Of a DNA stretch of 64,000 nucleotides, positions 54,167 to 64,000 are shown in pieces. Location of the stretch: contig OX597816.1 in NCBI GenBank assembly GCA_951406725.2, forward strand, positions 17,794,001 to 17,858,000, in the 5' to 3' direction. Position 1 is the stretch's first letter, and the number at the start of each line of letters is the position of its first letter. The notes beneath the pieces were generated by a model, which was not told the DNA's origin, ran no database searches, and saw only the letters and a program-made list of their open reading frames with translations. A program made the translations under genes and the position numbers. The stretch is from Octopus vulgaris (Eukaryota).

Positions 54167-54363
54167 CTATCTATCTATCTGTTTATGTTATTTGTCTATT
54201 ACCTAACTCTTTCTATCTCAAGCTATCTGCCTGTCTGTCTGTCGTTCTATTTCCTTGTTCCTGTTTCTCTGTATATCTTCGCCTGTTACCGTTTCGATCA
54301 TTGGACAGCAGCCATGATGAGTCACCGCCTTGAAGTGTTCAGTCGAACAAATCGACTCCAGAG

Positions 54364-54458
<95 letters not shown>

Positions 54459-54483
54459 ACGATATTTTATTTATCTGTTACCT

Positions 54484-54521
<38 letters not shown>

Positions 54522-55084
54522 CTATGTCTGTCGCCTTGTTTCCCTGTATTTGTGCCTAAATATATATGAATATTTTACTGCTTCTTTCGGTGTTCAAGGT
54601 TTAGTCGAACAAATCGAATCTAAAACTTCTTTTGTAAATCTCGTACTTATCCAAACGCTAGGTTATGGGGACGCAAACAAAATGTATCTGATTTCAAGCA
54701 ATGGTGGGTACAAACACTATACAAAAACAGACACAGGCCTATCGATACACTCACACACACATACATACCACATTATCCAGGAGCAAGCTTAACGACACAG
54801 CCTCGTTTGTAAGTGTAAATACATATATATATATATATCACGTGATCACGTGACCGACCAGACCATCAGATGTTGCTACACACCGCTGGTCACAATGCGT
54901 TCGCGTTGTTTTAGCCTTCGAATGACACCACCCCGCTGGCTAAGCGAGCAGGCCAATATATTACATATAATAGAAATATTGAAAACAAACAAAACAATAA
55001 TATACCTATGATTAAGTAAATTGCAAAATAATAATAAAAGCGTTTTATCATGGCTACCGAATAATTGTCTCATATTACATTTAC

Positions 55085-55137
<53 letters not shown>

Positions 55138-55379
55138 AATATGTTACATTACTCGATAGTCAAGATAATCGAGTAATGTAATGTATTATTGTATAGATAA
55201 ATGTCCTCTATTTACATAATATTGAGGTCTCTTTCTTTCTTTTGTTATCTTACCGTTTTACGAGTGGGCCATAGTGCCCAAATTCTGACTTGAAAGACTT
55301 CACCAGGTGGTGCTATTAAGTTAGACATGGCCTGGGCCAATAATGGCCGAAACCTATCAAAGTATCAAAGTATCAAAGT

Positions 55380-55423
<44 letters not shown>

Positions 55424-55453
55424 GTAAATGTAATATGAGACAATTATTCGGTA

Positions 55454-55522
55454 GCCATGATAAAACTCCTAGTTTCGGATGCCGAGGTGAAAATCTACGC
55501 CGCCATCTCTTCAGTTATCCGG
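55454..55522 (-). ncRNA. Type I hammerhead ribozyme motif (H1)
   Basis: Minus GATAA-CTGAAGA-GATG...CATC-C-GAAAC-TAGGA-GTT-TTATC. Confidence 0.68.
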
Positions 55523-56350
55523 TCATCGGACATGGCTACCGAATAATTGTCACATATTACATTTACAGATAAATTCCTCTATTTACATAATATCGAGGTC
55601 TCTTTCTTTCTTTTTTATCTTACCATTTTTAATATATATATATACATATATCAGAGGCGACGCCAAGTCATCAGTGTCAATCACGCCCGTCACAGAATTC
55701 GCATAAGAGACATACTTGCTCGAAGAATATCTTTCTCCATATCTAAGTTAGGGGTAAAAATAAAGCAACACTAAACAACACAGCTAATATTTACACACAG
55801 ACGCACAGAAAAGCAGAAATTAAATAACAACAGCAAAGTGAACGGCAAACACCAGCAATCTGACTGTCACCTGTACTCTTGACAAGAGATCGCAATTTGA
55901 CTTTTACATCCATCAGGCTCGTTCGTATCAGCCCGATTTGCCGGATAATTTTTCGATACTTTAAGAATATTGTTGAACGGAAACTTTTCATAGATTGGAA
56001 TTTAAACCCTAATCCCTGTAGAAATAGTTTGTTTCAAGAAAACATTGAATTTGAATTACTGTTTTACGGGCTGTAACTTCTGAGCGCGAGTCAGGCGCGT
56101 GTGAATAACGTCGAGAGAACGTCTGCTCCGAATAATATTTGTTGACACAGGGCATCTAGTACGACTGCCAGATGGTGAATGAAAATTAATGAACAGCGAC
56201 CAGGCTCAATAAAAGGAGTTCGAGTTATTGGCTGCAATTAGACACTTGAAGCCAGTTTTGGCAGAAATAAAAACAGATTGCAAATACACATTCATTTTAC
56301 TAAATTTATACTCGGGCTAATCCCAAACAGCCCGAGCGCCAGAGTCGACA

Positions 56351-56403
<53 letters not shown>

Positions 56404-56749
56404 TTAAATGTATAATGAGGTTGAGAAATTTTATAATAATTTAATTAATATCAATTTCACACCAGTGATCTAGCATATAAAAAAAACTGAAGGTTCAGTA
56501 AAATTATATTATTTACATATGAGAGGGTAACCACTATGTCGATGCCCTTATGCTACAAGTAGATCCACTATGGTCTTACCACTAAGAGATGTTCTTAAGC
56601 AAAAGGTCATCCACGTAGTGGTTTCCCTCTGATATATAAGCAATTACGGGACACTTTTATCTGCTGCAATTTTTGCAACTTGTAATAAAGCCTGTCTTTG
56701 TATGAAACAATTGTACTAAAAACTAATCCATTCTTGTTGCTTCTTTCTC

Positions 56750-56840
<91 letters not shown>

Positions 56841-56987
56841 ATCCACCTTTTATCAATTCAAAATGAACAATTAAATTACACATTCTAGAAAATTACTTAT
56901 AATAGAAATATTGAAAATAAAAAAAAATAATATACCGATGATTAAGTAAATTGTAAATTAATAATAAAAGCGTATATATTTGGTAGA

Positions 56988-57090
56988 ATAACGGCACGTG
57001 TTTCGTGGCTATATTTAAGAAATGATTATAGTAAGAAAAATTAATAGTAGTAAAATCACTTCGATATAAATATAGCCACTTATCAGGTTA
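56988..57090 (-). ncRNA. Hammerhead-like motif with perfect 13-bp stem II and two core mutations
   Basis: Minus TAAC-CTGATAA-GTGGCTATATTTA...TAAATATAGCCAC-GAAAC-ACGT-GCC-GTTA. Confidence 0.55.
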
Positions 57091-57369
57091 AAAATAAAAT
57101 AGTATTTCTAAATTGAATTTTTTCCTGTAAGTTAGGAATAATATTCACACAAATTATTATTACATATATATACATATAGACATACATACATATATATATA
57201 TGTAGGTCATGCGCTATATATCTTGATATGCGATTACCATATCGCGCACATATGATTGTGATGCATGTGCTTGGTGTACCCTTATCAGATGGGCAGTCAT
57301 GATGGGTATACTGGGCTCCGTATATTTTACCTCAGTGAAACTTTAATAGCATGTACTGCTCTCTCCCTC

Positions 57370-57423
<54 letters not shown>

Positions 57424-57690
57424 AAAAATAACAATAACAATAATAATAATCATAATAATAATAATAATAATAACAATAATAATAATAACAATAATAATAA
57501 TAATATTATTATTCTTTTTCTTATGAGTGACAGCATATAAACTACTATTTCACATGTTCTCGATACGTTATTTCGACCTTCTTATGTGCTCATCAGAACA
57601 ATTCAACTTGGGATTATGAAATTAGTTGATCTATGCTCATTTACAATCTTTAGTAATTACCTACAATCAATTTTCTTTGATATATATCTA

Positions 57691-57763
<73 letters not shown>

Positions 57764-57811
57764 CTCTCTCTCTCTATATATATATATATGCATATAAAAA
57801 CAGAGATGAAT

Positions 57812-57845
<34 letters not shown>

Positions 57846-57944
57846 GTCTATATGCACAGGTATGTATACTTATATATACATATATATATATTTTCATATA
57901 TATATATATACATATATATATATGTATATACATATATACATATA

Positions 57945-57996
<52 letters not shown>

Positions 57997-58153
57997 TTTC
58001 GTTTTAGGTTAAGTTAAAAAAATACTTAAAACTTTCGAGTAGAGTATTTATTTATTAACTTTTCGGAGAAAAGTGTTGACGCTAATTTTCGACGGTTTGA
58101 TATAGGAAAAGAAAAGGCGAAATTGCGAACTGACTGTTATGATATATAAATAT

Positions 58154-58295
<142 letters not shown>

Positions 58296-58402
58296 TTATA
58301 TACACGTCCTTGTTTACCCGTATTGGTATGTATGCATATAAGTAAGTATTCATATGTATTTTATACACACACACACACACACACTTACACGCATGCACCC
58401 CT

Positions 58403-58443
<41 letters not shown>

Positions 58444-59368
58444 TGATGGTGCTTCTCTTTGTAAAAAGGCTATATCGGCCAACGGAATATAATTTGTCAT
58501 TTACGACAGAATCCATAATTCCGTTTCCTTATTTCCTCAGAATACATTCACTCACTGCAACACCGTCTCTCCGCTCATTAGCTCTTCAGAGCATTGTTGC
58601 ATTGCTACCATTCATATCACGCCTCTGTATTCTGCATCCTCATCCACGACCTGTTTCTTTTGTCCTCCCAATATCTCCTTTGTGATCAAACTATCGGCAT
58701 TTTTATGCTAATTAACTTCGGTCACAAATATTATTTACGCCTACTCAAAAGAAAATTCTATGACAGCAAGAATTAATTCTTCGTGATATATCTCTTTTTT
58801 TTTTCTTCTATTCTACTAGATTTCGATATTCAATGTCTCAAAATAGTTCAAATTGAATTCAACGTCAAGGTGAAAATAAGAATTAAGACATTGAAAATTT
58901 TAAAATATTCTTATTCATTGTGACTCACTGACAATATAACAATGTGCCTAACATTTGACAATTATGAAAGCGATGTAAAAGATTTTAGCATGCTGAGGAA
59001 TCTCTCACTCACTCTCACTCACTCTCTCTTTCTCTCCCTTCCCTGTATCTCTTTCTCTACTTCGCTCTTTCTCCATCTGTGCGTGCGTGTGATTCTGTCT
59101 GTCTCATTTGCTCTCTATAAATATTCATATATACATACATACACACACATATATACATGCATACATACATACATACACATTCACGCACATATATTTATAT
59201 ATGTATATATGTATGTACTTACGTATGTATGTGTGTATGTGTATGTATATATATTTATATATGTGTACGCAATTATAACTACATATATAAATATATATGT
59301 GTGAATATATATATATTTGTATACACGCATATATATATACATATATATATGTATGTATATATATATAG

Positions 59369-59417
<49 letters not shown>

Positions 59418-59471
59418 CATATATATATGTATAAATATATATATACATACACACACACATTTATATATATC

Positions 59472-59515
<44 letters not shown>

Positions 59516-59569
59516 TATATATAAATGTGTGTGTGTATGTATATATATATTTATACATATATATATATG

Positions 59570-59640
<71 letters not shown>

Positions 59641-60069
59641 GCATTCAATCAATACCTTACAAAGAAGAATAGAGAATTATACATTTTCAGAACTTAATTA
59701 CGAAAGTATTGTTTTCATAAAATTTCAATCTGACACGTCTTACTGCTGGATAGGTGTCCTCGTATGCTTGGCTGATTGTTTTACCATCACATTAAACAAT
59801 GCATCGAGTACTAATTTGATTAGATATTTAAAAATTTGACTAATGATAAAGAGGAATCCAAACAGCGCGTGTGTTGCAATATTTTTGGTGTAATGACACT
59901 CTCAAGACACGATAATATGTGTGTGTGGGAAAAAGCTTGGTTTCCAGTCACATTCTTCCGAGTTTAGTCCCACTGCATGGTACCTTGGGCAAGTGTTTTT
60001 TACTATAGCCTCAAGCCGACTAAAGCCACGTGAGTTGATTTGGTAGATGGAAACTGAAATAAACACGTC

Positions 60070-60120
<51 letters not shown>

Positions 60121-60600
60121 TATATGTGTGTGTGTGTCTCCGTTTCTCCCTCCATCATTGCTTGGTATGTTTACGTTGCCGTAAGGTAACAGTTCGACAA
60201 AAGAAACCGATAAAATAAGCATCAATTGAACAATGAGGTAAATGTAATCGACGTATCCTTCCATAAAAATTGCTGGCCTTGTGTCAAAATGTAAAATAAA
60301 TATTAGGGAAAAACATTTAACTAATGCAGCGAGATTGGCAGAATCGTTAGCAAGCTTTGCAAAATGCCTAGCGGTATTTCGTCCATGTTCTGTGTTCAAA
60401 TTCCGCCGAAGTCTACATTGCTTTTTATCTTTTCAGGGTTGTTAAAATTAGAACCAGGTGAATACAGTAGTCGATGTAATCAACTAAGCCCCTCCCCCAA
60501 ACTTGCTGGCGTTGTGCCAAAATTTGAAACCAATAATAAATATAAAATTATTTTCTAAGAGACTTCAATTCAAAACATTCAAAATAGTAAATTATTATAC

Positions 60601-61162
60601 TATTTACTCTTTTACTTGTTTCAGTTATTTGACTGCGGCCATGCTGGAGCACCACCTTTAGTCGATCAAATTGACCCCAGGATTTATTCTTTGTAAGCCT
60701 AGTACTTATTCTATCGGTCTCTTTTGCCGAACCGCTAAGTTACGGGGGACATAGACACACCAGCATTGGTTTTCAAACGATGTTGGGACACACACACACA
60801 CACACACACTTATATATACATATATACGACGGGCTTCTTTCAGTTTCCATCTAGCAAATCCACTCACAAAGCTTTGGTCGGCCTGAGGGTATAGTAGAAG
60901 GCACTTTCCCAAGGTGCCACGCAGTGGAACTGAACCCGGAACCATGTGGTTGGTTGGCAAGTTACTTTATTTCATTAAATTTGTCATGAAGACAGTACAT
61001 ATATTGGGTAGCTTTGCGGGCTGGACAACACATTAATGAATGAAAATGAAATAAAATGAATAAATGAGAAACGAAACCCAACACCCGCCGATTGGATTTT
61101 TCTCGAAGACATATTCTCTTTTTTAAAAAATCAAGCTACTTACCACACAGCCACTCCTGCGC
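60601..61162 (-). mobile_element. SINE family A with an insertion of about 170 bp in its head
   Basis: Body 60601-60961; head resumes as CAAGCTACTTACCACACAGCCACTCC at 61132. Confidence 0.88.
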
Positions 61163-61953
61163 ATATATAAACTTATATCAATAAATTCTCTCTGAAAACA
61201 TCCCTAAAATAGAGGTATAAGTTCCACAATTCGTAGAAAATTGTGTAGGGTTCGACAGTAATTTTAGTTTGTGAAGAACTGGCGCAACTGCTGTTAATGA
61301 AAGAAGAAAAAAACGTATTTCTAAAAGCAATATAATTTTCAAAATAATAATTTGTTTTTCGCATTAGCACATAACAACACTTGAGTCTTATAACCAGCAT
61401 CTCCTTTAACCATCATCAAAGAAGGAAAACGCGAAACATAAGTCGATGTTTTTGAGATTTGAAGTTAGAACATAAAACGAAATATATAACTAGATATTGC
61501 AAAGCAATTTTTGTTGGCGCCCGACCAAATTCAACAGCACATCTCTTTACTGTTCATTTGTTTTAAACTATGAAAAATATTATGAATTCTACTTGATTCT
61601 TTAATTGATTCGTCTATGGATAATTCGCATATTTTATTCAAGTGAAGATTAAAGTAAACTTAAAAAAACTAATTCGGTATATTATCTAGTTTAAAATTTT
61701 ATCATTTCGAGACGATAAGCTTAAGAATATTTTGATTTTACGGTAAATTAGAATTTTTGCGATGTTTTTAATGTTTTGTTATTTTTGTACTTTTAATGGC
61801 GCCCTGTTGACTTTGGGTATCTTCACCGGTAGTTTCCTTGTTGCCTTTCATCTATAGTTATACTAGCGTAATCTTTGTTTAGGTCAGGGAGTTTAGTTCG
61901 GAACAAAATTAAGCACAAGCAAATACTTTGTTACGCGTAATTACTAGTGCTGC

Positions 61954-62066
61954 GTATGTATGTATGTATGTATGTATGTATGTATGTATGTATGTATGTA
62001 TGTATGTATGTATGTATGTATGTATGTATGTATGTATGTATGTATGTATGTATGTATGTATGTATG

Positions 62067-62097
<31 letters not shown>

Positions 62098-62790
62098 GTA
62101 TTTATGTATGTATGTATGTATGTATGTATGTATGTATGTATGTATGTATTTATGTATGTATGTATGTATGTATGTATGTATGTATTTAAGTATGTATGTA
62201 TGTATGTATGTATGTATGTATTTATGTATGTATGTATGTATGTATGTATGTATGTACGTACGTACGTATGTATGTATGTATGTATGTATGTATGTATGTA
62301 TGTATGTATGTATTTAAGTATATATGTATGGTATGTATGTATTTAAGTATTTATGTATGTATGTATGTATGTATGTATGTATGTATGTATGTATGTATGT
62401 ATGTATGTATGTATGTATTTAAGTATGTATGTATGTATGTATGTATGTATTTATGTATGTATGTATGTATGTATGTATGTATTTATGTATGTATGTATGT
62501 ATGTATGTATGTATGTATGTATGTATGTATGTATGTATGTATGTATGTATGTATGTATGTATGTATGTATGTATGTATGTATGTATGTACGTATCTATGT
62601 ATGTATGTATGTATGTATGTATGTATGTATGTATGTATGTATGTATGTATGTATGTATGTATGTATGTATGTACGTACGTATGTATGTATGTATGTATGT
62701 ATGTATGTATGTATGTATGTATGTATGTATGTACGTACGTATGTATGTATGTATGTATTTAAGTATGTATGTATGTATTTATGTATGTAT
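61954..62790. repeat. (TATG)n array of about 840 bp
   Basis: Direct; source of the MYVC-repeat ORFs. Confidence 0.98.
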
Positions 62791-63454
62791 GCGTGAGTGT
62801 ATACATGAGTGTGTATGCATGTATGTATGTATGCATGCATGAATGTATGCCTGTGTATGTATGTATGCATATATCTATGTATGTGTGTGTATGCATGTAT
62901 GCATGAATGTGTGTATGTATGTTTGTATGTATACAAACAGATATAAATGAATGCACATATATATATATATATATATATAAATACACATATATGCCTATAT
63001 AAGTGTATGTATATATGTATACATATGTGTATATGTATACTTATATATATGCTTATGTACATGTATATATGTATGTATATTTATGTATATACACATATAT
63101 GTACGTATATATATATATATATATATATACATATATCTGTATGTATGTGGATATGTATACACACATATACACGCACGCACACACACACACACATATATAT
63201 ATTACATATGTGTGTGTGTAATATATGTGCTCGAGCGTGTGTGTATATGTGTGTATATGATTGTAAAGATAATGAAGATGATTTTAGTATCTTAGTAAGA
63301 TAAGTTATGCGAATCTGTGTCTCACTTCACGCTCACGTGTACCATAACTTTGTTTCTTCTCTGATTTAGAACTCTCGACCTGTAGAATTGTTGTTCAAGG
63401 AATAATATACTCGATATGTCCTGCCGTAAAACTTTAAGTTATATGTTTTTGTTT

Positions 63455-63790
63455 TTCTAGTTTCAGCTCAGAGCTGCGTCCATACGGATGTATCGCCGTT
63501 GTGTGCTACACTGTTATTACTAAGAGCCTCCTCTAATATGCAGCACTTGGTGAAGAATGGAGTTTGATATAGCTACCCTCATTTGCACCTCTTGCCGTGA
63601 GGTAGGTTCATCTGGGACTCTTGACAAGAAGAGGTCCAGCTTTATCTACTTCGTGTAAGTTCCTCAGACTCTTTGGGAGAATATTAAAAGCTGTGGGCCC
63701 TTGAAACCCAGGCTGTTGCAGTAACTGGTCCTGAAGCGTGATGGCATTTGGCAAGTTTTGGTCACTTTCGTTTGGAGTAAGGATTTTGGC
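63455..63790 (-). mobile_element. CR1/L2-like LINE 3' end
   Basis: FNILPKSLRNLHEVD and LDLFLSRVPDEPT; 3' UTR stem-loop ending CTGAAAC. Confidence 0.7.
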
Positions 63791-64000
63791 CATTCATGTG
63801 TTACAAAGTTATAACTTACTTAGAGTCATTAACCAAAGTTATTTTTTATGCTTTGGCCTGACTTATGACACGTTACCCGACGTTGAGAAAGAACCTACCA
63901 TCGGCAGAAATGGAATTTTTTTCAGTAAGGTGTTCTTATCTAAATAAACTTCAAAGTCTAATTTGCAGGAATCATGTAAAACAAAGCAAAGATGTACACA

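Noticed and set aside
61954-62790. Telomeric or coding role for the (TATG)n array with TATTTAAG interruptions
   Set aside because: Not TTAGGG-type; interruptions fit ordinary slippage duplication

Overview
AT-rich eukaryotic DNA, almost entirely repeats. The tRNA-derived SINE types and dense (TA)n/(CA)n/(TATG)n/(TAA)n microsatellites suggest an octopus-like cephalopod genome; this is inference, not a database result. I find no supportable host gene. Nearly all ORFs in the track are translated microsatellites or SINEs, and the real coding signals are decayed transposon fragments: mariner/Tc1/pogo transposases, RTE-, CR1-like and R4/Dong-like LINEs, and a Penelope GIY-YIG endonuclease. The best hidden signal is a set of about a dozen type I hammerhead-ribozyme (HHR) motifs in short non-coding elements sitting in or beside (TA)n-rich microsatellites. 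One (44195-44272) has a fully canonical core and all three stems. Several related elements share a fold-back (inverted arm) architecture, consistent with a microsatellite-targeted Penelope-pLTR/retrozyme-like system. Also seen: head-less SINE concatemers, SINE head/tail module swapping, SINE tails matching LINE 3' ends in the same window, and a clean Helitron-in-mariner nesting. SINE family labels A-D are my own. Element boundaries are read by eye and approximate.
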